Origin: Chiloscyllium plagiosum
Lineage: Eukaryota
DNA: 64,000 nt
Direction: 5' to 3'
Assembly (NCBI RefSeq): GCF_004010195.1
Contig: NC_057718.1
Location: 19,482,104-19,546,103 of the forward strand
A model generated the notes under the pieces. That model searched no databases and was not told the origin of the DNA. It saw only the letters and a program-made list of their open reading frames with translations. The position numbers and the translations under genes are program-made. Positions within the stretch are counted from its first letter, which is position 1. Every line of letters starts with the position of its first letter. Positions 13,287 through 23,939 of this stretch are shown piece by piece.

Positions 13287-13341
13287 CTGAGAGCGGGGGC
13301 ACAATGAAGGAGAAAAACAGAGAGATCAACTTGATATCCAT
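13119..13341 (-). CDS. LTBP1: LTBP1 short-isoform (LTBP1S) first coding exon: signal peptide plus start of the 4-Cys region
   Basis: ATG at 13341-13339 translates [74 protein letters not shown]. This closely matches the mammalian LTBP1S N-terminus as I recall it ([39 protein letters not shown]...[24 protein letters not shown]). It ends at a canonical phase-1 donor, G|GTGAGT (intron starts 13118). Confidence 0.9.
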
Positions 13342-13800
13342 CGGTTTCGCCTGATGAAGGGCAAGGGAGAGGAGGGGGGAACGCAAGGGAGAGGTGTCTT
13401 TTGCGGGGAGGTGGGGGAAGACTGGGAGGATTTGGAGAGGGAGGGGGAGAATGATTGTAAAACCTTTCCACTGTCCAGACACCTTTCTGAACCGGGAGAG
13501 GCAAGTCCGGCAGAGAGAGAGAGAGAGAGCGCTCCGGGGATGCACACCAAAGCAACTTTTTGAAGTCAAAGCAGCACGGCAGGATTAGGAATTATAGAGC
13601 TGAGCTTTATTTTGACTCAGAAAAAGGACATGACAGCTCCAGCACAAGAAAGCTGACAGGCTAGAGGCGGCATGAAAAGTCAGGCTGTGCACTTAACACA
13701 GAGCAAACACTTGTTTTCACCCGCATATTTCAGCTGCTTTGGTTTGGTCGACATTGAGTCATTTGCAGCTCACCCCTGGAAATGTTTTAGGCATGCCGCA
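13342..13800 (-). promoter_or_regulatory. Candidate LTBP1S internal promoter and 5' UTR
   Basis: This TE-free stretch lies directly upstream of the LTBP1S ATG. It has a TATAAT on the minus strand at 13596-13591, AP-1 consensus sites TGACTCA (13613-13619) and TGAGTCA (13755-13761), and no minus-strand ATG between the TATA-like box and 13341. The function is inferred from position. Confidence 0.5.
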
Positions 13801-14417
13801 TGTCTGAAAACATCTGTTTCAAATATCTGGCACTCCGCTGCAGAGTTATCAAACTCCCTGACGCTGCTGCCTGGGCACTTCCTCAGCTAAATGTTGGCAC
13901 AGCCTCTTGCCACAGCTCCTCGAACTGGACTCTCAAGGCCGAAGCCACCAACAACCCGCGACACAGAAGGCAAAATAACAACCAAAACCAAACACACACA
14001 CAAGAAAAAAACGCTCTCACTGATTCACCGGCAAATTCGGAGCTGAGTAACTCACTTCAAGATGGTCCGAAGACAGGATTTCCAAGAAAGGGCAAAACTG
14101 CGCCTTGTGCTCATTTTAAAACGATGCATGATTCAACCTGATTTCACGTGCAAACTATTTCACTCCTTTCTCTTGCATTTTTTATGATTAACCTTGCCAA
14201 ATTCACACTTGTGTTCAGGACTTTTTCTGCCAAATGGGAGAGAATAGCTTTACCCCCTCGGTGACTTTATGCTTGGGGAGTCAGCAGACAGCAACATCCA
14301 GATATATGATGCACTTCGATGCATTTCTATACTATCCTGTGCTTCCATTTCTCTGGATCATTCAGAACCCAATTCAGAAGGACAGGCCATTAACCAACGC
14401 GCAGGGGTCTAAGAAAT

Positions 14418-14545
14418 ATGTGTCTGTGTCTTTGTGTGTGTGATGTGTGGGTGCATGGTCGGTGTGTGTGTCCATGTGTGTGTATGGGTGTGTGTGTCAG
14501 TATGTGTGTGTTTGTGAGTGTGTGCGCGTGGTGTATGCATGTGAT
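14418..14545. repeat. Degenerate (TG)n microsatellite
   Basis: Interrupted TG dinucleotide run visible directly. Confidence 0.85.
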
Positions 14546-14587
14546 GAAAGAGAGAGAATCCACATATAACTTGAATAAACACCGAAA

Positions 14588-14703
14588 AGACTGCAGATGC
14601 TGGAAATCAGAAACAAAAACAGAAATTGCTGGAAAAGCTCTGGCAGCATCTGTGGAGAGAAAGCAGAGTTAATGTTTTGGGTCCAGTGACCCTTCCTCGG
14701 AAT
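14588..14703 (-). mobile_element. Penelope-derived fragment, third family, with degenerate hammerhead-like motif
   Basis: The reverse complement reads ccgagga-a-GGGTC-ACTG-GACCC-aaaacattaac. The 5-bp stem II is intact but the core is mutated. It belongs to the same family as 38062-38165 and 45401-45614. Confidence 0.6.
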
Positions 14704-15959
14704 GTAATCTGTGTGTGGTTTTCTGTCAGTTCAAGACTGTGAGTGAATGTTTTGTTGCAAATTAGACAGCACAGTTTCTGAGGGAAAACCGTATTAGAAG
14801 ATGCACATGACAGACTGGGAGGTTGAATGCCTTACCAGTGGATTATCTGTGGCTCAGTATGACATACGTTTACAGCTAAATAACAAAACTTAGCTGGAAA
14901 ATCTGGCAAGCAGCTAATCACAGTGGGATGCAGCAGTACAGAAGTGAGGAGAGGCTGGGGGAGGGGAGGGAAGTGGGAGTGCTGAGAGACAGGAGATTGA
15001 AGATTGAGCCATCACTGGGAGCAGGGTGGAATTATAAACAGACTGCTGCCAGTGTGGCACCCTCTCTGTGTCATTGTACAAGGAAAGCTGTCAAATAATC
15101 ATGTTCCTCAGGAGTAATTTGACAACCTCGCTGTGTCTTGCTTGTAGCATCAGTTGTGATTGTACAGTCCACTCAGGGAGTCTGAGTTGCTATGGTGACA
15201 CTTACTTCAAACACGCATATCTGGGGTGATGGGCAACAATGATCTTTCCAACATGTGACTGACCAGGAATCTCTCCCGTTCTCTCACCTGCCAGATATTG
15301 GAACGGCTATCTCAAACTGTTTGGCCACATTATCAACTCACATTGAAACTGACAGTCGGAAAGTGGCCCAGTACTTTCCTTGACCAGTAAATCCTGAGGT
15401 GACATTCATAAAACCTGGATCTTCTGATTTAAAGGCAGGAACGCCACACAGCATGCATCATGACCTCAACAGGAGAGGGATTGCGCTCTGTCTGTTTCAG
15501 AAAGACAGAAGCTCAGACACGAGGGGAAGGTATAGGGCAACTCTCTAAGTTTTCACAACCTACAGTTATCTGCCTGCCCAGATCAGAAACTTGAAAGTGC
15601 AGCCAACCACTTCCTCACCATCAGTCTTGAATGGACAGAAAAACCACAGACACACACAGAGTACATTCACATTTTCAACTGTGAGCCCGAGAGGGCAAAG
15701 TTGGAAGATTAGCGACTAGAGTTCTAAGGGGACACAGTAAATTTTCAGCAAAGTAGATTAGTCTGATTGCATCGTGCTGCTTGAGCAGGTTGGAAATTAG
15801 TGCATGGGGTTTAATACCTTGCAACTGATGTACAAGTGGTTTAGTGCCAGAGCTGTCCTGTGACTCGGATAAATGCAGGGTCATGACCCTGTCCTGAAAC
15901 TTGGGCACATAGCAAAAGCTGGCAGTTTGGTGTCTGACTGGGGGAGCCTTGCTTTGTTG

Positions 15960-16240
15960 GAGCTGCTGGTGTTCATTGTAACATTAAAGGCTTTTTCAGA
16001 CTGATGTAAAACATCCCACAGGACCATTCAAGGAAGAGCTGGGGAATCCCCCAAGTATTATTTAAACAATGCACTTAAAACTGATTATGTACCTCATTGC
16101 TCCAGGTGCCATTTACTGCACCAATAATTCCCTTTCAGAACAGTGACTGCACTTTAAATGTATTTCTTTGGCTATGAAGTGCACTGGGGTATCTGGAGGA
16201 TGTGAACTGCACTATATAAATGCAAGTGTGTTCTTTCAAA
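15960..16240 (+). mobile_element. Deu-domain SINE, degenerate
   Basis: It has the gatgtaaaacatccca...gaagagctgggga core and the ...cactatataaatgcaag 3' tail. Confidence 0.6.
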
Positions 16241-16409
16241 GCCTGTGTGCCTGACAGAAGGTAGATGCATCAACAAATTCACCACACAAGTAGCTGAGTG
16301 TATAAGGTAGACCCACACTGTGTGGAGAGAGGCAGACCAGCAGTATATCTGTCTCAGCTGTACACAGTTAGTGCAAAACCCACACATTATTTCACTATCC
16401 TGGGAAGTA

Positions 16410-17120
16410 GGAACACGGAGTAACATGCAGGGCACACACAAAGTGACACACAGGACACGAAGTGACACACAGCACACACAGTGACATGCAGGACGTAGAG
16501 TGACACACAGGGCACACATAGAACATGCAGGACGCAGAGTAACACACAGGGCGCAGAGCACAAAGTAACACGTAGGGCCCACACAGAGCAACATGCAGGA
16601 CATACACAGAGCAACAGGCAGGGCACAGAGTAACACGCAAGGCACACACAAAGCAACATGCAGGGCACACGCGGAGCAACACACAGGGCACAAGGTAACA
16701 TGCAGGGCGCACAGAAAGCAACAGACAGGGCACATGCAGAGCAACACGCAGGGCATACACAGAGCAACATACAGGGCACACACGGAGCGATACACAGGGC
16801 ACAGAATAACACGCAGGGCGCACACAAAGCACACGCAGAATACAGACTATCATGCAGGACACAGAGTAACATGCATGGCACACACAGAGTAACATGCAGG
16901 ACATACCCCTAGCAACATGCAGGACCCAGACAGCAACATGCAGGGCATGGAAAGCAACGCACAACACACACTGTAGTACACCAGACATGCACAAAGCAAC
17001 ATGCAGAACACACAGTAATACGCAGGACACTGAGCAGGACACAGGACACAGAGTAACATACATGATAGACAGAACAGGATATGCCCAAATGACACGCAGA
17101 GCAACACGCAGGATACAGAG
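16410..17120. repeat. Degenerate minisatellite with ~19-21 bp unit (gcagggcacacagagcaacat), roughly 35 copies
   Basis: The recurring words gcaggg/gcagga, cacacagag and caacat/taacac are visible directly. They explain the spurious Cys/Val/Leu-rich ORFs on the minus strand. Confidence 0.9.
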
Positions 17121-18585
17121 AGCAAATGGGACTTGGGGTGAACACTGGCAGTGATTTTAGATACGTTACTGATACCTGTATGTTTATTTTGCCACTGACT
17201 GCTGAGAAATATCAGGATTAAATTTGCAGCTGTCACTCAAACCGCACAGCATGTGAGCTCAGCTTTGTAATGTGCCCTGATATTAGATCATTTTAAACAA
17301 GAAGCAAATTTATCTGACAGAAATGCAGGCATACGACATCCCCTAAACCAACATGACTTAGACAGCTGGTCTGATCATTAACAACATTCTGTTATATCAT
17401 TGGGAGCTTGTTGTGTACAAAGTTGCTCCTTATGTCCTACATTACAATAGTCTCTACACTTAACATACTTTGTGTATATCCTACAAAGTGCTTTGTGACA
17501 TCCTGAGGGAGCTCTACAAATGCAAATCTTGTGTCATTTCCTTGCACTCACTGCCACTGTTGTATAATAACATTTTAAAAGTTTCTCGCTAAGGGTTCTG
17601 GGTCTGGGTGGGGTGGGGTGGACTCGATGAGCCAAACAGCCTGCCTCCACACTGTAAGGGATTCTATGATTATTCAACTGACCCCATCCGCATGGAAACT
17701 TGGAACAATGGATTTAGACCTTCACCTGAGTCCAAGGTACCAACTCAAACCCACTCCAGGTGGGATTGGGGACTCAGAGAGGGAGACGATTGGGAAACCT
17801 GCTGACATTCTAACCATGGGGCCTCAGTTCAAGGCAGCACAGAGGGAGGCGAAGGGAAGCAAGGGGCAGGATCAGCTTCGGGAAGTGGACAAGCATGGGG
17901 AGAGGCCATGGAAGGAAACGGCTCAACTTTTTCTGTGGAACAAACTGAAGATGGAATTCTCCATGGCAATGTTCGACTGCCCCCAAAACGCCCCACTACA
18001 TTGAAATGAATATCTTTGGCACCCGAAGCTCCGTAAACATCTCAGCCACTCCTGGAAAACAGGTGATGGCTTGGTAGATGTTTGAGACCCACTCCTGAAC
18101 TGCTCAGTTTCTTCACCGGGTTGAACCAATTGTCAGCAGAGGAGCAGCCAAGAATCAGTACAGCACAAAGAGAGTGTTCATCGGTCCTTACAGAGTCAGC
18201 TAGTCTTCCCGAGTTGTTCCACACATGAACAGTTAGGGTTTCTTGTTTTCAATAACCATCCCTTCATTTCCTTCCAAATGTGTTTGAGTGTCTGTCACTT
18301 TACTCCCCACCCACCCACCCGGCATTCATTTTGCAGCAAGCACACATTAAAGAGGGCGGGCAAGGGACAGTATGGAACAAGGCACAACAAAGGGATCTTG
18401 GTGCACTGTGTATTTCAAACTAATGACCAGTGAAGGCGGAGCAGTCGCTGAAAGCTCCAGTCTTCTCACAAACAAGATGATTGATGTCAAGGTCCAGAGA
18501 TACTTTGGTGGAGACTTTACTCCAAAGTGCAATAAACTGCAGAGCCCAGGTGAAAATCTGAGTATATAACTTACAGCAATAGCAA

Positions 18586-18799
18586 AGTTAAAAATCACAC
18601 AGCACCAGGTTATAGTTCAACAGATTTAATTGGAAGCACTAGCTTTCAGAGCGCTGCTCTTTCATCAGATGATCGTGACAACCATTTGGTGAGGGAGCAG
18701 CACTCTGAAAGCTAGTGCTTCCAAATAAACTTATTGGACTATAACCTGGTGTTGTGTGATTTTTAACTTTGTACACCCCAGTCCAACACCGACATCATG
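18586..18799. mobile_element. Fold-back Penelope-derived mini-element with two inverted hammerhead-like motifs and a 13-bp TSD
   Basis: The 88-nt inverted arms are 18584-18671 and 18683-18770 (about 77/88 complementary). A perfect direct repeat, acagcaatagcaa, flanks it at 18573-18585 and 18800-18812. Confidence 0.8.
18637..18671 (-). ncRNA. Minimal type I hammerhead ribozyme motif (core intact)
   Basis: It reads CAU-CUGAUGA-A-AGAGC-AGC-GCUCU-GAAA-GC-UA-GUG, with all conserved core bases present, a 5-bp stem II, a 3-bp stem I and palindromic AGCU in place of stem III. Activity is not shown. Confidence 0.6.
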
Positions 18800-18829
18800 A
18801 CAGCAATAGCAACACACACATCTATAACA

Positions 18830-19350
18830 CCTCTTCAATGTAGCAGAAAACTCCTGAGGGTCAGCACACAAAACCTGACTCCAGGGCATATATTAGGACA
18901 AGTGAAGGAAAGTGTGCTCAAAGAGGTAGGTTTTAAGGAACATCTTAAAAGGAGGAGGGAAGGGTGAGGAAGTGGGAGAGTTTTCGGGAAGGAACTTTCA
19001 GAGCTCAGGGTTAGGCAGTTGAAGGCACAGCCACCGATGGTGCTGCCATTAAAATCGGGGATGCTCAAGAGCTGAGAGTTGGAGGAAGGTTAAAAACTTA
19101 GGAGGAATGTAAGACTGGAGGGCGTACAGAGATGAGAGGTGACCACAGTGGGGTCTGAAAGCAAAGAGGAGAATTTTAAAATCCACGTGTTTCTGGACTG
19201 GGACAGTCCAGCGATTGAACGGACCTTTGTGCCAGTTAGAATACAGAATCCGAATTTTAATGAGAGCATTTAGAGTGGGTGAAAAATGGAAAGTCAGTCA
19301 GGATAACACTGGAATAATCCAGTCTGGAATCAACAAGATGGATGAGAATT
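18830..19350 (-). mobile_element. L2-like LINE 3' fragment
   Basis: The minus strand encodes IPDFNGSTIGGCAFNCL...FPKTL (resembling the G.RAFS...P.LWNSLP end of L2 ORF2). Related pieces lie at 59460-59810 and 63020-63490. Confidence 0.6.
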
Positions 19351-19705
19351 TTGCAGGACAAGCTTAATACTTAGAAGAGTGAAAGGTGACTCAACTGAGA
19401 CATATATCACAGCTTGACTGAGTAGGTGCTAAGAGGCTGTTTCCATTGGATGGACAGCCTGGATCTAGGGCTCTTGGTCTCAGCATGAGGCATCAATTGT
19501 TCAGGTTTGTGATGTGAAGAAATGTCTTCACTCAGAGGGTTTTGAATGTTTGGAACATTATCCCAGAGAGTTGTGGGTTCATTCAATGAGTCTATTCAGG
19601 ACTTAAGGTGGGAACTGAGGTAAAAGATACTTAGGAAATGCCCTATATGAAAGGAACAAAGTGCAGGAGTAGGTCATACAGCCACTTAGGCCTGTTCATC
19701 ATTCA

Positions 19706-19891
19706 GGAGAAAGTGAGGACCGCAGATGCTGGAGATCAGAGTCAAAAGTGTCACGCTGAAAAAGCACAGCAGGTCAGGCAGCATCTGAGGAGCAGGAGAA
19801 TCAACGTTTCGGGCAAAAGCCCTTCAACAGGAACCTAATGAGATATTCATAGATTCCTGACGAAGGGCTTTTGCCCAAAACATTGATTCCT
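19706..19891. mobile_element. Fold-back Penelope-derived mini-element with inverted hammerhead-like motifs and a 14-bp TSD
   Basis: A minus-strand terminal unit (19706-19832) is followed by an inverted partial copy (19854-19890). The flanks are ctgttcatcattca (19692-19705) and ctgtacatcattca (19892-19905). Confidence 0.75.
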
Positions 19892-20338
19892 CTGTACATC
19901 ATTCAACATAATCATGATAATGATCGGATCATCTATCTTTTCATGATATTGAATGAGGAATAAGTATTGACCGGGACACCAGGAATATCCCTGCACATGT
20001 CTGAGGAAATAGCATTGGATCTTTTACAAGCGTTTGAGAGTTCAGATGGGTTCTTGATGTGTGGGTGGCATAGTGGGTTAGTGGTTAGCACTGCTCTTTG
20101 GACGGTTGGTGTAGACCCGATAGGCCAAATGGTTTGCTTCCAAACTGAAGGGATTCAAGATTCTATAATTTGCATTCGGAAATCCAGTGCAGCACTGATG
20201 AAGGGGCTGGCTTTCAGATGAGATATTAGACTGACTGCAATCAACTGTCTCCAGTGGATGCAACAGACCAAAGCACTGTTTCGTGGAATGGCAGGAGAGA
20301 TTTCCATGATTCCTTGGCCAAACCTGTCCCCTACAGTT

Positions 20339-20555
20339 ACTAAAGCACCTAACACAATGGGCAATTTAGCATGGCCAATTCACCTGACCTGCACATCTTT
20401 GGATTGTGGAAGGAAACCAAAGCATCCGAAGGAAACCCACGCAGACACAGGGAGAATGTGCAAACTCCACGCAGACAGTCACCCAAGCTGGGAATCGAGC
20501 CTGGGTCCCTGGCACTGTGAGGCTGCAGTGCTAACCACTGAGCCACTGTGCCACC
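20339..20555 (-). mobile_element. HE1-like V-SINE
   Basis: It has a tRNA-like head (gtggcacagtggctcagtggttagcactgc), a B-box and the central tgcgtggagtttgcacattctccctgtgtctgcgtgggtttcc domain. Confidence 0.9.
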
Positions 20556-21289
20556 CCATTAGTTAGTTATTAAGTACTTCAGGAAGTCCTGAGGTCATGA
20601 TAAGATCTACATAAATGTGAGTCTTTTCTTTAAGGAATGTGGAATTTATGACCACAAATGGTTGAAGTAGTTAGCTGAGATTTCATTCAGGAGAACGGAA
20701 TTAGAGGTTATGCTGATGGTGTTCGATGAAAAGAAATGGTGAAGGATGTGCAGGCCAGCTGGGCTGAATGTTATTTAACTTATTGTAAATTCTCTGTAAT
20801 TTTATGACATAGGCTCTCTGCCTATTATAACAGTTCCCATTCATCTGCTGCACTGGACCTTCTTGGCATTCAAGGCCAGGGGAAAGATTTGGAAAATTCT
20901 GCTGAAGCAGCCTTGGCAAGTTCATTTTGTAGAAAGGAGAAAGTGAGGACTGCAGATGCTGCACTTTTGGACTCATCTTGTCAATCGTACACTCTGCTGC
21001 CACTATGCATCAGTAAGCAGGGGAGAGATTACTGTATTTCAGATAGCGGATCAGATACCAAACAACTGGGCTGCTTTGGTCTGGATGGTTCTTGAAGTTA
21101 GTTGGAGCAGTATTCATCCAAATTGAGATATACAATCTAATAACATATTTGGAATTCCCAATATTCCACAATTCACCTTTAATCTCTGAATACCTTTGAT
21201 TAATATCAATCTATCAACCATCAAATTATAAAATTAACAATTGATTGAGCAACAATCACCATTTACATTAGAGTTATCTGGTAACAAGT

Positions 21290-22035
21290 TAACTCGTGGC
21301 AAGTAACATTCATGGCACACAAATTCCAAGCAATGATCATCTCCAATTAGAGACAATCTAACCATCACACCTTGACATTCAATGGTATTGCCATCTCGGA
21401 GTCCTCCATTATGTGGGGTTACCGTTGACCAGAAACTCAGCTCAACTTGCCATATAAATATAGTGGCTACAGCAGCAAGTCAGAGGTTAGGAATTCAGTA
21501 GCAATTAACTCAGTTTGTGACTTCCTGAGGACTCTTCACCATCTACAAGGCACAAATCAGGATGCGATGGCATTCTCTTTACTTGCCTGGATGGGGGCAG
21601 CTCCAACAACACTCAAGAAACTTGATACCAACCAGGACAAAGCACCACATCCACCAACATGTATTATCTCCACTACCAATGCTCAGCAGTAGCAATGTGT
21701 ACCATCCACAAGATGCACTGCAGAAATTCACCAAAGATCCTTAAATCACACCTTCCAAACCCACAACCACTTCCATCTAGGATAGCAGATACATGAGAAC
21801 ACCACCACCTGCAAGTTCCCCTCCAAGCCACTCACCATCCTGACTTGGAAATATATCGTCATTCCTACACTGTCCCTGGTCAAAATCCTGGAATTCCTGA
21901 CCTAACAACATTGTGAATCTACCAATAGTATGTGGACTGCAGTGAATTGAGAAGTCAACTCACCATCACTTTCTCAATGGCAACTAGGGATGGGCAATAA
22001 ATGCTGGCCAGCCAGTAATGCCCATATCCCACGAG
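21290..22035 (+). mobile_element. CR1/L2-group LINE 3' portion, decayed
   Basis: RT C-terminal remnants (WQVTF..HKFQAMIISN; LLAWMGAAPTTLKKLDT.QDKA) are followed by a 3' end with gggcaataaatgctggcc. Confidence 0.75.
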
Positions 22036-22934
22036 AGACTATACAAATGAAATAGTTCCTCTCTATCTCTCTCCCTGCCTGATCGGTCTCCCTTACTGTG
22101 AAGCATGTTGAACAGTGTGGGCTTGATCAGCCAAATGGGGTTCCATATGTGGATGGTCTGTCAACAAATGCGTTGAACTCCTAAATCCTGCTCTCAATTC
22201 CTGGCTTCATGATACATTAATAGCTGATGACAATTTTATTTACTTCATCATAGAAAACTGAAGCAAGTGTCATTTCTGAGATAAGGATAGGAAAGGTTCC
22301 AATGTACAAATGGCCTTTCATGAAACTCCCCAATCCAGATGTCTACTTGAAACCCTCCATGAACTGAAGAGTTAACTAGAATATTTTGGATGGCTGGAAG
22401 TGAATTGTAAAGCTGCAATAGAAAGAAAAGAATCGGATGAAGTCATAAGCAACTAAATTGAAAACTAAGCATATTCTAAAAGCCAAACCCATGATTAGAT
22501 TTCAACTCCATACCTTACACTTTGCCAACTGTCACTTTTTAAAAACAAATATATAATGTTACATTTGAGTGCGAGTTCTACCCTCCACTTTTAAGGTCTG
22601 TTTTGGTTGGCAGTAGCTGACAACATACATTATCTCACTGATTTGTAGTGACGGTCATTAAAGAATATTTTGTCTTGTGATGTTGAAAAGAGTTTTAAGT
22701 ATAGAGCCATGGATGATTGGGATTCAGTAAATAAGGCTGCAATTTACCTTCAGGATTCAGATTACTTCATAAACCACAGGAGCAAAATCTGACAGTGTTA
22801 TCAGTTTCATCTAAACCTGAAGATTAAATTTCAGACTCACACCTACTCTCTACTAGCTATCATTTTCTTTCGTAACATGCATTATGGGCTGAGAGAAAGA
22901 CTAGCTGAAGGATAAATATTGTCAACAACGTGCG

Positions 22935-23900
22935 CTACTTTCTAAGAGAAAAAAATTCCTTCACATCTCAGGTTTATGTGAACGTCCCATTATTCTGTAA
23001 TTGTTTCCCCTAGTTTTTGATTCTCCCACTCATTGAAACATCTTCTCAACATCTACCCTATCAAGGCCCCCTCAGAATCTTAGGAGCAGGCGAATTGACG
23101 TTTTGGGCATAAGTCCTTCATCAGGAATGGTTATCAGGAACCAGATTCATTCCAGATGAAGCACTATTGCCCAAAACATCAATTCTCCTGCTCTTTGGAT
23201 GCTGCCTGACCCGCTGTGCTTTTCCAGCACTACATTCTCAACTCTGATCTCCAGCATCTGAAGTCCTCACTTTCTCCCCTCAAATCTTGTCTGTTTCAAT
23301 AAGATCACCCCTCATGCTTCTAAGCACTAATGAACAAAAGTCTATACTGTTTAGCCATTCTTGATAAGTCAACCCCTTCATCCTATGTAACAGCCTCGCA
23401 AATCCTTTTTGAACTGCCTCCATTAGTAATGTATACTTTGGGAACCAAAACTGGACACAATATTTCAGTTACAGTTTCAACAACACCCTGTACAGATGTA
23501 ACAAGACTTCCTATTTTTAATCTCCAAACGCTCAGCAATAAAGGCTAAAATCCTACTGCCTTCTTAATTACATGTCTTGTGAGTCAATTACAAGCACACC
23601 CAGATTCCTCTGCACTGTAGGTTTTGGAGTTTTTTTCTCCATTTAAATAACAGCTTTTGATTTTTCTTAGCAAAGCGCATAACCTCACAATTCCCACCTG
23701 CCAGGTTCTTGCCTACTCATTCAATCCATTAATATCCCCTTGTAGATTCCTCAAATCCTCATCACAAGATGTCCTCCCATTTATTTTTGTATCACCGGTG
23801 TATTTCAATCCATTACACTCTGCCCCCTCCCCCAGCTCATTGATATAAATAGTAAATAATCAGGATCTGAGGACTGATCCTTGGATCCACCAGTGAGATT
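22935..23900 (-). mobile_element. CR1 LINE fragment interrupted by a Penelope mini-element
   Basis: Minus-strand CR1 ORF2 remnants (aagatcacccctc, aaactggacacaatat, aggactgatccttg) lie on both sides of 23082-23277. Confidence 0.75.
23082..23277. mobile_element. Fold-back Penelope-derived mini-element with inverted hammerhead-like motifs and a ~12-bp TSD
   Basis: An inverted partial unit (23082-23128) precedes a plus-strand terminal unit (23148-23277). The flanks are cctcagaatctt (23070-23081) and cctcaaatctt (23278-23288). Confidence 0.72.
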
Positions 23901-23939
23901 GATTCAGCCTGACTTTGCTATGCAATGTCATCTGGAAGG

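Noticed and set aside
13351..13362. ctgatgaagggc next to the LTBP1S start, identical to the start of the hammerhead motif
   Set aside because: No GCCC-GAAA follows and there is no family tail, so it is treated as a chance match.
13342..13569. 5' part of ORF 13111-13569 as extra LTBP1 coding sequence
   Set aside because: It starts at a non-ATG codon, is low-complexity and has no LTBP1 similarity upstream of MDIKL. It is better read as 5' UTR or intron.
16410..17120. Regularly spaced short repeats resembling a CRISPR array
   Set aside because: The units are contiguous and degenerate with no unique spacers, there are no cas genes, and the DNA is vertebrate.
16172..17236. Long Cys/Val/Leu-rich ORFs (up to 222 aa) resembling keratin-associated or metallothionein-like proteins
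   Set aside because: They are open in all three minus-strand frames because the underlying minisatellite is poor in stop codons. There is no splice or homology support.
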